Below, piece by piece: positions 25,880-39,387 of a stretch of 64,000 bases of DNA. The stretch's first letter is position 1; each line of letters starts with the position of its first letter. The stretch covers positions 124,425 through 188,424 of the forward strand of contig NMRA01000382.1 of the NCBI GenBank assembly GCA_002633005.1. The letters run 5' to 3'. This DNA comes from Phoronis australis (taxonomy: Eukaryota; Animalia; Phoronida). The notes beneath the pieces are model-generated. The model did not search any database. It was not told the DNA's origin and saw nothing but the letters and a program-made list of their open reading frames with translations. Made by a program: the position numbers and the translations under genes.

Positions 25880-27986
25880 CTTAATTCAGCAGATTCTGAC
25901 CAAACTGCTTCCTTTGGAGGAGTTGACCACGGAAATCAAATTAGGCTCAACACCCAAAATGCCTGTATATAGCCTTGCAGGCTCTATTGTCTTTTGGAAA
26001 CTTTAGAGAGCGTTAGTTAATTTCCGTCTTTGAAGTGCATCTTTTTGTTTGTCAATATCATTTATCTTTCTAAGACGGGTTCTTTGGCGAAATTATATTT
26101 TATCCGGGTCTACAGTTTTTTTTCCATAGAATTGCGTTGTTAACTGTCGCGTTCGAAACTGTTCAGTGGCAATCTACACTTGTTTCACGTGGCAGATTGT
26201 CATACACGTGACTGTCGTTTATCTTTGGAAGAATTTTCCTTGATCATTAGTGCTGGCAAGAATTGAAATCTTGGCACCTGACAGCTTAAACTACGACTAT
26301 GTTATGCTCATTGACACTTTCGGTTGAAAAATCATGTCCATGGTGACATGGATATGAAGCTACTTCTCTACGAGTGCTCAACCACGCCTAAATCTACCTT
26401 TAAAACAAACGCCCTGTGAATTGCGCATGCACTCCTCAAGCATAACGAACAAATGGGCCATCTATTTAGATTGATGGTTAATAACACGATCAAAAGACTA
26501 AACTGTAATGCAAAACGAAAGTCGTTCTCTGACACAGACTCAGTATTCAGCATGCTCATCAGGATGTCTGCTGTTTTTTCGTAAATATTTTGAACTTCTG
26601 GTGAAATCAAAGCACTCTTGTTTACTTTCCGGATGCCAATTCCTCATTTGCTTGCCTTTTCGTTGATTTCTCTCTCACAAGGTAAATCACTTCCCCTTAT
26701 TTCATATGGCAAGAAGTACACCTACAAGTAGGACACTTCTCTTACACTTGTATGGAAAGTGTGAGATTTAATCTCAAGTGACTCCAAGCATCTGACTATG
26801 AGTGCATGCGTCTATACAGTACATCGTAAGTGGTATTAAGAGATTAGAAAATCTGGGATTTTTACAGCGTTTTTCCTTCACCTCTTTTGCCACGTACATG
26901 CAATTCGTGCAGTAAGTTACTGTACTCATAATGTACACAGGTAAGAAATATAGATTATTATATGGCGAAGTCGTTATCAACCGTTATCTAGAGCCCGAGT
27001 GGATTTTGCAGAATTATCGCCCGAGGGGCGCGTGCTCATTTATGTATTCTATTTTCACGTTCGATGACGTCAGCCGCTGAGTGGTGTAGTGGTGAAGTCC
27101 ACGACTCGTAACTCTGGAGGCCCGGGTTCGAATCCTGCCTCGGTTTCCCTCCAAAATGTTATCTCACTAGTGAGATAACTTTATGGGTTATTACACGGTT
27201 GTATCTGCCATTCGAGGCTCATATTGTGGTATAAAGGAAAATATTCCTATATCATCCGTGCTTTAATCCCCTCCCAATTAAGATGCTAGTTCCTAGAAAA
27301 TGCTGCAGCCTGTTGCCTTCAGCTCTAATCGAAGCCCCTCTGAAGAGATGGTAATAGATGGTTCGTTTTGATATTCTCTTTTTTATTGTGCCTAATCAAA
27401 CAGAACCCGGATATCTTGGAGGTCTTGGCTGATTTAACGGCTCTAAGCTTTAGCCTATGCCGTTGAAGCGGGTTAAGTCATTTGTAAATTTAATTAGCCC
27501 CACGTTACGCAAAAGTAAAATTAGTCTTCGATTCGAGCTACACACTGGCAACGGTGCCGGTTTGAAAATCACGTGTAATACCGATTCACTAACCCAATTC
27601 TTATTTGTAATTTGTTCCAGGTGCATGTCTGGGATGGATCCTCGAGGTGAACACAAACAACGGAATGAAATGTACGTTTCGTATCAATTGTAACGAAGTA
27701 AATTCAATAACATGCATGTCGATACAGACTTGTCGTTTCTAACAGAATGTTGTTGGTTTCAACTTAGTGCAAAACCTGAAGAGCCAATATAAGCTTTGAT
27801 AAAATTGGTCTGATAACTGTAATATCGTGATAGGATTCGATATCCACAATCATCTCCGAGTCAAAGGCAACGCGTTTATTTTCTACCGGATGCATCTCTA
27901 TCGACCAGTAGTTTACTCAAAATTCCTCCACCTTTAGGTTTCATACTTTTTGCTAAATATGTTGACCTAATACATGTACATCAAGG
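25880..27986 (-). pseudogene. Receptor pseudogene copy B (5'-truncated duplicate of copy A)
   Basis: Duplicate of 18228-20350. ORF 26368-26610 gives EVQNIYEK..ESVSENDFRFALQFSLLIVLLTINL (TM-like) then RWPICSLCLRS. The tail contains HVYDNL and the PPKEAVWSES motif. Confidence 0.55.
26955..27233 (+). mobile_element. ~280-bp element with TTATTATA.../...GTATAA(TA) ends, tRNA-like core and perfect 22-bp palindrome (Crypton-like ends, tentative)
   Basis: Absent from the paralogous site in copy A (~19405), so it is an insertion. A box TGGTGTAGTGG and B box GGTTCGAATCC at 27073-27144; palindrome gttatctcactagtgagataac at 27158-27179. Confidence 0.8.
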
Positions 27987-28044
27987 CTACAACCAATTCT
28001 AGATTTGCGGGTTCCGTATCCATGCATCGCTGATATTAAAATCC

Positions 28045-28182
28045 GGGCCAGTTACATGCATCAGTTGGTCGTTCAAGTTGTTCAAAGAGTAAATATTTTC
28101 TGACAACAACATATTGCCAAATAAAACACTTTTGAACGGGAAGATGTGAATACGTGTTGAAGAGATAGTTGCCTCTACGCGG
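28045..28182 (+). mobile_element. Internal fragment of the 6164-11337 transposon family
   Basis: Matches 7090-7250 (atcagttggtcgttca..taaatattttctg..aagatgtgaatacgtg..ctctacgcggc). Confidence 0.75.
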
Positions 28183-29339
28183 CCTACCCTTTACAGTGTC
28201 ACGGCTTTAGGCATACGTACATGTATATTGCAATAACTGTGAAGTACCCTATACTTTCTGTCTTCTAGTTGCTTTCCAAAGACGTCGGCTTCTACACCAA
28301 AATAAGCCCAACGAGTGTTAAAATTATGACATCGTGAACTTGCGTCATCATCATCTGACGTGAGCGTACGTAAAATAGATTACTTTGACCTTGGCGTGAA
28401 ATAATCTCATGCTGAAAAAAAAACGGCATTGTACAGAGATTTATACGCTGTGGAAAATAAGGCGCACGTAGTCAATCGCCGCCACCATTAAAACAAAAAA
28501 AATTAAAAACATCGTTTTATCATTGGGTAAACAGTTTATTCAGAGCCAAAAGTTCGGATCAAAAAGATTACTTCTATGTAGATTGTTTAACTACATCAAA
28601 GAATATTCTTTGAGTGAAAAATATAATGCTCGTACAAACATTGTTTTCTACAAAAAAGATGGTGTAACTTTGAACCGGTTATTCTTAGCAGTCAAGAGGA
28701 TTAGTTGTGGGGTATGCGTGTGTTTGTGCGTGTGTGTATAACATAAATAAAGATTAATTCTCACCACCAAGTGGATCGACAGAAGCAGATGTTGCTTGTT
28801 GTTGGACTAATTAGGAACCAATTATATTGTAATTTTTCTCAAGTAGTAACTGCCTGCTAGAAAATTTCAAGCCAACCCAAAGAAACTCTCATGTAGTAAC
28901 AATACGCTGGAGATTTTTAGTACCAACATTCACAACTATTTCTACCAAGGAACGATTTAAAATCAGTTTCATAGTAATGAAACGTGGTCTAAATGAAACG
29001 TAGGTTTGCGAATTCGGATTTTTGTGCAACTTAAATTCCAGTAGAGCATAAATCATTTACAAGAGTATACACAAGCCTTTGATGCAGACTGTGAGGACGA
29101 CCGATATGGCTGAACAACAGCTTCGCATCCCTTCAAGATGACAATAGTGACCTTTGTAAGAAGACACTCAGCTTACAAATCATCCCAGTGCCCCTATCCT
29201 GAAAATTCCGACCTTCATAAATGCATCTGAAAAGTTGACATCAAATCGACAGGTGGAATCACACAAACACGAATTTGTTGGATACGAGGGCATTAGGTCC
29301 CATTGTCGACTTAGAAGAGGTAACTACACAAAATATCGG

Positions 29340-31250
29340 CTTACAGTTATGCTGATGACTGTAAACCACGAGTGTTGATGGTTGTAAATCGTGGGTGTCA
29401 TGTGGACACAAAGCAGGCTCTTTGAAATCGACATACAAGTGTAGTGAATGTAGTTCTTTGTAAAGCCTGTTCATAGTCCTACAATACCCAAGTTGACCTA
29501 TGTAAGAAAACATTGGCCTAACGAAGGGTTTGTCGTCCTAGCTGAGATGATCATTGTTTTATTACAGCTATAGGCCATGAACAACCAAGCCATGAATGTG
29601 GCATTCTGGGCATGAAAATAAATCATTTTATGAAATCAAGTGTAGATAACTGTAGGTAACCGCTGAAAATGCAAAATTATCATTTTACATATGTTCTTTG
29701 ATCAACTGGACATCCACCAAAGCACTGACATGGTAGAGCTAAAACGTAACCCTGATACGATTGAAGTAGGGTTGACACAAACCTAGCGCATGTTTAAAGA
29801 ACTAAATGCTGTCTATACTTTTGCAACGCGCATTTTACCGTTTTATTATGGGACAGCAATGGAACCTGTTGCTAAAATATATACTGCACAGCATCTGTGA
29901 AGTGCACACCTGCTTAAAAATATCTCTAGTATTTGTTTGGTAACCTGCTTGGCCGTTTTCATGGATTTAGACGTAGAAGTCTTAGTCCAAGCAGTTTCTA
30001 GCCAGACACATTGCCAATTCTCAACTTTAATTCCGATATGTCAATAATTATTAAGCTAACCATTCCAACTAATCAGGTCGCTGGATGTGTGTACAGAGAC
30101 TGTCCGATATATTTTTCTTTCATATATGTGCTGTTAGATGATTTTTATAACCAAAGCAAATGTGAAGCTACGAGCTGGATTTGGCCTTACGATTTCACTG
30201 CAAAACTTCTCAATACCAGGGTAGAAATAAGTACTTATATGCAGCATTATAATTTTATTATGAATATTACTGAAACCAGTGGGTATACGCTTACAATATC
30301 GTGTTCGCGAGAGCTTTATTTGCTTTCCCGAATAATTTATGTGCAGCGTAGGGTGACACTTTTGTGTTGGGAAGCAGCACACTGATAACAAGTCACTGCA
30401 GATGATCAAAAACTGCGTAAACGAAATACAATTTCTTAAATTTTCAATAATACGTAGTTTTCAATATGTGTCTTTTAATGGGAAGTATCAACTAAAGGAG
30501 GAGCTGTATACGTGAATGCCGTTAGCAGTGTGACTTACGGAAAGGTTGCCAAAGACTAGAATTAGCTTTGCCAAGAAGCATTCTGAACGATTATCGAATA
30601 TTGCAGCCGATCATTATGTTATAATGCAAATCAACCACAATGCACCAACGGGTAAGGATCAATCGGACACCCTCATGAAAGAAACCTGGTGTTTCAATGC
30701 GTTTGAAGAAAATCATGAATGACCTCACAGACATGATATCGTTGCACGTTGAATTTTTTCCTTCACTGGGTCCATTTCAGAAATAAGGCTACTTTGACAA
30801 CATCGCGTATGTAATTGGTCAAAACCTCAAAGCGTTTTGCTGTCTTCTAACTGAGAGAAATCTTGAACCACTACCCAGCATTTCACTGCGTAATCCATCA
30901 GTTGGAAGTAGCTTACACCTTGTATTGCAGTGCAAATAAATTATTTGCAAGTAGGAACTAGAAAGAAAGCTGACACGACATTATACCAAAAACAGTTTTC
31001 AACGAAACCAGAATATTCAGGAACTCCATGAATCAAGTGAGGACACAAAAAAGCATGGGGATTTCCGGGTTGTTCACTTTTTACATGTCAAGCCAAGAGA
31101 ACTTCATGGCAACGCTTTCTGGTTCTATGTGGTTTAAATTTGAGGAACTTTTTTATTTTAAGTGAAGTGACCACGTGACATGGTCTTGCTTACGAGGCAG
31201 TGAATCGAGTCACGAGAAACGCCAGTAATTTTCACAGATGTAAGCAGTTC
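29340..31250 (+). pseudogene. Receptor pseudogene copy C (divergent paralog)
   Basis: WSC-like RGCHVDTKQAL..NVVLCKAC (~29390). ORF 30011-30385 KCEATSW..NTRVEISTYM..NFIMNITETSGYTLTISCS parallels copy A SSW..NKRVAFDSEM..NFIKTYNCFSGFAVSCN. YTLYCS parallels copy B LTMYCI, and SSQENFMATLS precedes a TM-like zone. Confidence 0.4.
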
Positions 31251-33256
31251 TCAATTGGTCCTGTAAGTACTTTGCATAAAGTATTGAGGATTTTGAAGAC
31301 TGTAAGTAAAGGACGAGATCAATTGTTCGCAAGCACTTGTTTAAATAGTCGGTGAAGCAACTCAGATTTTGAAGTCCGTGCATTAAAAGCGATTTGTAAA
31401 GTTGACATAACTCAAAGGATTGAAAGGAAATAACTTGCCAGAGTGTTACAGTCTGTACTAACGAAATTAAATTCCTTTGACAGCCTTAGGGAACCACAAA
31501 CGGTCTTGGCGGTTTGTCTCGCTTCTTTTAGCGTTTTCTAAAATTAACGGATCATCTCAGATCCTAACTCAGCCAGCTACCTGTATGAAGACTATTGCCA
31601 ATATACACCTCTCTGTTCATCGCCATAGGACCCAAAATTTAGTTTCAAAATGTAGACCAAAAAACCGGGGGTGTTTGCAAAGTCTGGTAGTCGACCGACA
31701 CTCACCTTGCCCGTTACAGGAATTTCGTGAAAATCTAATCAACGCAATTTTAGGGCGTATTTCTCCGCCTTTGATAACATTGAAAAGCTTCTGGTCGTTT
31801 TGAATTTTTTACGATCGTGACACACCAAGCGCCATTTCCTATTTTTGTAACATCTTTCGGGAGATGATGGTACAAGAAGCTTCGAAGAAGCAAAGCTAGT
31901 GTTGTCCTGAAATTTAGTGTTCAGGTGTTAAAAAGCTATAAACTTAAAACGAAATAACGCTAGTTAAAATAACTATTTTTGGCATATAAGCAAAATCGTG
32001 GAACATGAACAATTGATTGAAGAATCGGGAAAAAAGAAACAGGCCAATCCATGTAGATGACGCAATATTTCCATAACGCCGAAAGCTGACGCAAAAAATT
32101 GACCCACAACTTAGCACCAAAGTAGCGGTAGAACGCCATTTTTACAACATTGGTGAATGATTTTGTTTACTCAAATGAGATTATATATTTTAAAAGACAT
32201 TAACTTTGAGGAGGATTTTATCTGGTCACTGTTTTAACCACGTCAAACGTGAAGGTTTATATTTAGTATGAGAATTTGAGCCAAGGCTACCAAATCCTGT
32301 GACTTATTTTTGTCTCATTTTGTCACGATGTGACTCAAGGGACATTGTGTTGTGCAGAGTCGATTGAGGGTGAACACCTCTGAGAGTCAATTTTGTCTTT
32401 CATTAGTGCTTTTAATTTTCCAGTCTCTTGATCAATTTTCTGTTCATGTGGGTGACAGCAGTGTCTAGTACCATATGCATAACAAACATATATCTTTTGA
32501 AAAAGGTGGTTGTCCGGGTCTTTCCTCACGTGTCGTAAGTATTGGACTGATTACAGCAACGACGGCAATAGTGAAACGACTACCCAATCGAATCATCAGC
32601 AAAATCAAAACTCTTAATTTGATCATCTGTTTCTTAGGAATATGTAAAGCAAACGCTATGCATTCTCTTTAGAAAACATCAGTGAAATTCCTTTGAGCCA
32701 TTAAGCTCGTGTTTTGAACGCTCTGGGTCCAATTTTTAAATTTAGCGAGAAGACCAGCCTGTTTGAGGATATCTGTAATGGTTTTAATATTTTTATTCCA
32801 CGTATCCATGAAAGTCTTCAATCGAATCATTCTTGTCTAAGACATTGATATGCAAAAAACGATCAAAATCTTCATCCTCAACTGTTTTGGACAGCGGGAT
32901 TGTGTTGCTCTATCTGTTCTTTTTTCACGTTTCTGCAGATTTCGATGGCCTTTTATCACCTGCATTACTGTTTGCAGTTGATACAGAGCAGACTCAAACA
33001 ATTGATAGTAAGGCCGGGATTTCCCAGCTCGCTGTCTTTCATTTTCTGCGGCCACCTAGATGTATGTTAGCCCTAAATGTTTTCCAAAGTGAACCTTAAA
33101 GTAACACTGGGAGAACCTCAGACAAAAAGTGAAACGAAGAACGCGTGTACAGCTAATTTGACCACCTACATCATAGATTAATGACTGATATAATTATAGT
33201 TTGAAAACGCAGTGGCTTCTTTAAATCCACCTTTCTTCATTTGTAGGACATATTAA

Positions 33257-35210
33257 GGTAGGTGGATACACAAAAAAAATTAATTTTGGCTGTTTTTTAC
33301 ATTTTCATATCATCCTAATCTTTAATTCTTGATGCACAGTATACTGAAGAAAAATAAAATCATTCTGAAAATCCAAAGTTGTTTTTTAGCTATATTTGAC
33401 CAAACCTCAGTAAGTCATATGGCTTGAGTGCTCACCAGCTCAGTGATTGACAACTGGGGCGGAGCTTATATACAAGGACACTAGCTCTAATCTAACCCTG
33501 TCAACAAGCATTGCGTAACCGGGCAATCGAGAGTGATGTACCAGCTGATATTGGTGTTGTAGCAAGACCAAGAATAAAACAATTCTATTTTTGACCATGT
33601 GGAAGTTAGTAGTGAAATGGTGAACTAGCTCCTGTTCCGAGCCTGAGCCTGTTTGTCTATCTGCAAAAAAAAATTAAGTTGAGTACGCCAAGCCCTACCG
33701 AAGCCATCACTGCACTCAGCTTGAGGAGTCCGTGCAGAAATTGTGCATGTATAAGAGAAGTCGGTAATATAAGGTCAGTTGTCTTGCGAGAGGACGCTGA
33801 GTGTCGACGTGGGTGGTGTTGCACGATTCGGTGAGAGTGCATACACGCGCTGTGAAGACAAGCCGCGCGCGCGACACATGGACAACTACATGCCGTCAGA
33901 GTAGAGTCTTCGCAGATAAACCGTGCTTCTGTGCTGGGAACGTGCCGTGGAGAAACTAGGCTGTCAAACCCAGAGGATTTTTAACTTGCCACTGGCCGTA
34001 ACCCAAAGAATTAGAGAAATGACCCAGTGTTCAACATAACAAAAAATTTTCTAGTGCATAGATTCAAACGTAACCCTGAATTAAAACTCATGATATTATA
34101 CGATTTTAGAGGAAAGCAATATAAGAAACTTTAGTAACTTGAGAATCTCACCCAAGCGGCGCTATTTGCGCAGAAAGTGATATTTTCTTATCCCAAAGTC
34201 CATTCGGTACAGGCACGTAAAAATGTTGAACCATTACTATGAAAGTAGTTCTTTATCCTCGTCGCCAATATTGTTATGTAGGCAGTAACGCGGCGATTTG
34301 ATATAACACATATATTGGTTGATGATAATATTGGAATACTAACAAATAGGTCTGTGTAATATAGTTAGAGAGTCTTTTACAAACTGAGTGGAGAGTTCAG
34401 ATGAATCGTATAAACAATCAACACATGTTGGTCGGCACACCAGTACAGCAGACAATAGATCAACGCTAAGCTCCGCCCACGTGACAGCCATATTTGTTTT
34501 GGTCGTCTGTCGTGCATCACAAGTTCGAAAAAATGATTAAAATTACGCTGTAAACAAACAGGTATGTCACATTTTCTAAATATGAAGTAAATATCAGCTT
34601 TATTTCTAGTACTTCAACAAAAATTGGAACATAATGACCACGCATTCTGAACGAAATTTGATCTCAAGTGGCAATCGATGACCGCTTAACTTCAAAGCCG
34701 TTTTTCTCGGCTCGTGATTTCAGGATAGTGACACGATTCTCGGGCCTATTTTTCCACAACACGTGGGTCAATTTTAACGAAAGTTGCAAATTTGAAATCC
34801 TCTTGGACTGAAGTAAAATCGCGTGCCAGGGTTTTTTGATAAATGGACCAGATTTTTAGTTATTAGACGGAAAGTGACCAAATGACAAAAAGTGGCGTGC
34901 TTGCCCCAACTCACACACAAAAAATGCCACAAAATCAAGATCATAATGATTTTGTACATATATTTGGTATGGATAAGTAGAATATTGCGTAAGGAAATAG
35001 TTGATGATGATCCCTGTGCATTTTGAAAAAAAATTCGAGGTAAAATTGGATTTGTTGAAAATTAAAAAATACGATTTAAAAAAAACGAACTACAAAAAAA
35101 CATTTTTTTTCGATTTTTGTCACTTTCAGAATCATGTCTAACTAGTTAAAACTCCCTTTTTACTCATTTAAGTTAGGAACCTGGAGATTTGATCAGTGTA
35201 TACACCTACC
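33257..35210. mobile_element. Non-autonomous Kolobok-like DNA transposon (1954 bp)
   Basis: TTAA on both sides (33253-33256, 35211-35214). 15-bp TIR GGTAGGTGGATACAC / GTGTATACACCTACC (14/15) with RR..YY termini. Internal inverted gggcggagctta / taagctccgccc. Confidence 0.8.
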
Positions 35211-38200
35211 TTAAGTACTAGTCCACGAGAGCACCAGCCATCCAGCGGCAAGGTGGGTGTCCGCCGATTTTCACCAAATTTGGCATATAGGTAGTCCTAT
35301 AAGATCTATAAACAGCGGTAAAATATTTCCTCGAAATGTTGCATTTTTCCAAAGTTATAGGCTCAAACACATTTTACAGCTTCTTAGCCATGTTTTCACT
35401 GTATAAAACTGTCCAGTTTTAACTGTTTATATTTTTTCTTGAATGAAACTTATTGATTTATTATTGACTTGGCATTGTTTAGTGGTGCCTATAGATTGTT
35501 ACACGGATGTCTTGAAACCCGATTCCGATTTACCACCCTCATTTAGTAGTTTTACTACACTGCCCCCCGTTAAGCCATTTTGAGGCTATGTTAAGTACAC
35601 TGCTGTACCACATCTGCCCCCACTGCTATGAGAATGAAAGTAGGTCAACATGTTGACAAAACGTGTTACTTTCATTGCATAAAATAAAAAATTTGTCAGC
35701 CAGTTTATTAGTTATACAGTTTGGCACCTCAAATTGTACTAAAATGAGAAATTTTCATATATCTGAGATCGATGCGTGAGCACCGTAAAATCCGATTGTC
35801 CTTTATGTTTTTCGATATTTTGCAACAAGTTAGTTCCTCCTGAATGTTTTGAACGTTTTACTACTTACCACTTATGGCTATAGTACCCCTAAATATCATA
35901 CGTGGATCCATTTTGTAAAAAGCCGATTATGTCCTCTACAGTGAATAGGGTTAGACATGAACTCCACAAATGTATGTTATTTTGATTTACAGATGTTTTA
36001 CTTTGCAATTTCCTCATGGGTATTTCTTCACATTCACACATATTTAAGTCAGATTTTCTGTTGATCAAATATTCATGAAATGCATTTTAATATCAAATGA
36101 ATGATAAGTTTGGTGGCATGACCGCAATTTTTCCCACGACTTAAAACAAAAGACCGCAGAAATTTTCCTGACGAAATACCGGGTTTGCAGTTCTCTAAAA
36201 ACATTCGAACGACAAGACAAACTCCACCACTGTCCGTGGCAACTCGTCGCATGTTTTTCGCCTATCGGTCCTATCATTGATTTCCTTTGTTGTGTCATTG
36301 TTGGATATAACAACACCGGTCGCATGGATATAGAACCTTGTGTACATCAGACTGTTGCCGATAAGTGCTCGTCATTATATCTTTATTATAACAACGGGAA
36401 CAATGAAGATGCTAATACATTGTTCTCTATGCCACCATGTTTCCCGTGGATGACCATTGAAGAGGAATCCTAAAGTATCCACAATGACCACACACCTAAG
36501 TTTATTATTACCCCGCACACGAATCCTTTCCGTGGAACCTAAACACCAATTTTATTATATCCCTGTATTGTGTTGTATTGCTCATGGTACGGGTTCAGAC
36601 TCCGTTGTATTAAGATTCCAATCCCCAACCCTGTAATATGCAGTTTGAGTAAAATTTATAGACGATGCATGTTTATGGGTTTATTTTCCTTTAAATGAAG
36701 AGTAAAAATCAAATTCTGTACAGGTTTTTTAAAAGTAATCACTTATTGGAAGATCAAACATCTAAAAAATAAAACAATGTTTCACAATTTTATTCATTAT
36801 CTTATTTGAAAATTGCCTACCTCACAGACAACTCATCTAAGTTGAATATATTCCTTGTGAAAAAATATAAAATACCAACCAGAGCCTTGTGTACTACAAA
36901 ATATGTTTTCGTAATACAATGCAAAGATAACTGTACAGTCAAAAGTTCAAATGTTATGACTCTAATAAAAAATTGCTTTCTAGAGATTTTCAACCCTCCA
37001 ATTGCTACAGGACAGGGTCAACCACACAAAGCCCACAAAGTCAGGGAATTACATTTAAGGTGATGTAGTATCACTGCGAAAAAAGTGATTTCGCAATATC
37101 GCTGACAACACTGGAAATTTCTTCTTCACAAACTTGAGGTAGCTGTATTTACCACATCAATGTTCTTATCAAAACTAACCACCACAAAATGAAAAATTGG
37201 CTCCTCGGTTCCAATTAGGCAGCATTTTACAATGAAATGGTCATGAAAAAAATACTTTTGCAACATGGTTTGCATTACAATTGCCCTACGATTACATTTG
37301 TACATACACACTAGACTAGTAACAAAATTACCCATGGGAACCATAAAATGGCCAATTCGCCAAAAAACAAAGAGCCACCAGAGCTAATGTGCCAATACTT
37401 TTCAGTACTGCAACAAAAAGTCATTTGAAGTGGACATAAACTCACCTAAAATCACATAAAACAACTTTTGATTGAGACATATAACCATCATGAAATAGCT
37501 TTTACTCCCAGGTCAATTTTGAGCAATTTCAGAATTTCGAAAGATCTGGCAATATGCAATTGCTGGAGACCAGTCTAATAGTGTGTGATTTTATACACAC
37601 AGCACGGTCTCAAGGAATAGCAAACTGTCAATTCGCTACAATTCCAGAAATCACTTCCCAAACTGATCAAAGTTTATAGAGGTAAATGGTCTAAATCCAA
37701 GCTTATTACCTCATGGACAGAAGGTTTACAACCCAGGCAGAAAGATAAGTTAACAAAACCAGCCTAAATGCAACAGGGGCTCAAATTTCAGCAATATATA
37801 CCTATTTACAAACAAGAATCTATAATTGTAAATAAGATGCGGAAACATAAATTCAGATCAATTACGCATCTTCAAGGAAAAGGAACAGTACAGTGGTCAG
37901 AAATCATCTAAATATGATGGCCACACTGAAAAATCCTGTCAGACCAAACAATTCAGTGGCTAAACAAAATGAACAATGTACCATTACCATGTGGCCCAGG
38001 ATCATGATCCGTGCCTGAACAAAAATTCAGTCTAGGTAAATTTTAGGTTAGTGCTGTTCACACAAGCAGTCCTGGTGCTAACAAAGCTTGCGACAACACA
38101 CAAGCCTACTTCCCTACACAGCTGTGCTGACATAAAAATGCCCCCACTGGATTAAGCAGATCAGCCACAGTATTTACTGGTCCAGCCACTGTATTGTTTC

Positions 38201-38229
38201 CTCCCTTTGAATTTTTACAATGCTACATC

Positions 38230-38475
38230 TTTGAAAATCGCAGATTGCCTCTTTCAATGCATACTCCACTTCCTCTGTCCCAGTTTCCCCACATTTGCTG
38301 AGAGTGGTCTATATCAAAAAACTACTGTGGACATGTTGTGGTATAAGCCAGTAATCTTTGGCAAATACTTTTTCCCGGACTCGTTCCTCAAGCTACAAAT
38401 TCTCTTTGACATATCTTCTGGGAGTAGACATTTCGGTCTCCCTCTAGCCCCCTCACTTAGTTGTCCAGAAGGGTA
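38230..38475 (-). pseudogene. Sola3-like transposase C-terminal remnant, distal part (continues from 44945-45047)
   Basis: Joining across the insertion gives ISKGWVWNSSQPGRRYPSGQLSEGARGRPKCLLPEDMSKRICSLRNESGKK/FAKDYWLIPQHVHSSF, matching the GWAL..RF..G...K.DP..V...MR..R...G...F...EWL...QI.S.FSRL tail I recall for this family. Confidence 0.55.
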
Positions 38476-39387
38476 CCCTTACAAGAATGAACTTAAGTTT
38501 TTCAGAAAACTTAAGTTTATCACAAAACTTAAGTTTTTGTAATTTCAAAAATTTAAGATTTCCTGACTTCTTAAGTTTTTTGCAAACTTTAATTTTTCCA
38601 ATAATAGAAACTAAAGTTTTCCTGACTTCTTCAGTTTTTCAGAAAACTGGATTTTTTCATGTGTGGAAAACTTGAATTTTCTAAAAACTCTAAGGTTTCT
38701 ATATGAAGAAAATTTACGGTTTCAAGTTTTTAAAATTTGAATGTAGTGAGATATTTTATTTTTGGTTCGAAATTTTTCCGATTATTTTCCAACAAAAAAT
38801 TATTGTTTGTTCATGCAAAACCCATCATCTCGATCATGCCCGATTGTTTCCTTAACATTTATATAGATACAAACCATAAAACGACGAAAGTTTAACCTGG
38901 TAAGTACTGATTTAGTGCAATTACATAATCATTATCGCACGTCTTTGTGAATTTGAATGTAGACGAACATCCGGTGACCAACAGCAGTAAGAATGCACCC
39001 AATGTTAATCCCCTGAGACACTGACCTAGTCAGTACAATGTAATCAATAGAACTCATGCAATTGTTAAAAACGATGTTATTGTGCAAGTTTCCTTTGTGT
39101 TGAGTTGTATTCGTAAGGCAGTTTCCACCGGAAGTCAACAGTTTAAATTTTATAACCGACAGTCAACTTCGAAAAGTCGTGTTGGCTAGCCCGCGACAAT
39201 GAAGTTTATATTAGTACGAGCAGAGCCAGCAAAAAGACATTTCAGAAGTTTTGGAAGTCAGGTTAGTGCCAGAGAACGTTCTAAAATCGATTGGCCACAA
39301 TCGGTGGTGTGATTTCCAACAAACGTGTCAAGTTCAGTTGTTATTGTCAGCCACTCACGAGTCACGCTATCACATACCGACATGGAC

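Noticed and set aside
27073-27144. Functional tRNA gene (also the other tRNA-like cores)
   Set aside because: Anticodon and acceptor stems pair poorly, the copies are diverged, and each is embedded in a repeat.
30138-30385. Spliced exon continuing the 3180 kringle gene
   Set aside because: An acceptor-like tract exists, but the frame is open upstream, similarity to copy A runs through it, and it ends in a stop without a clear donor; treated as part of pseudogene C, though not excluded.
35215-36330. Candidate long TIR of the Sola3-like element
   Set aside because: Only an 11-bp inverted match (aagtttggtgg / ccaccaaactt near 46537) was found, which is compatible with chance.
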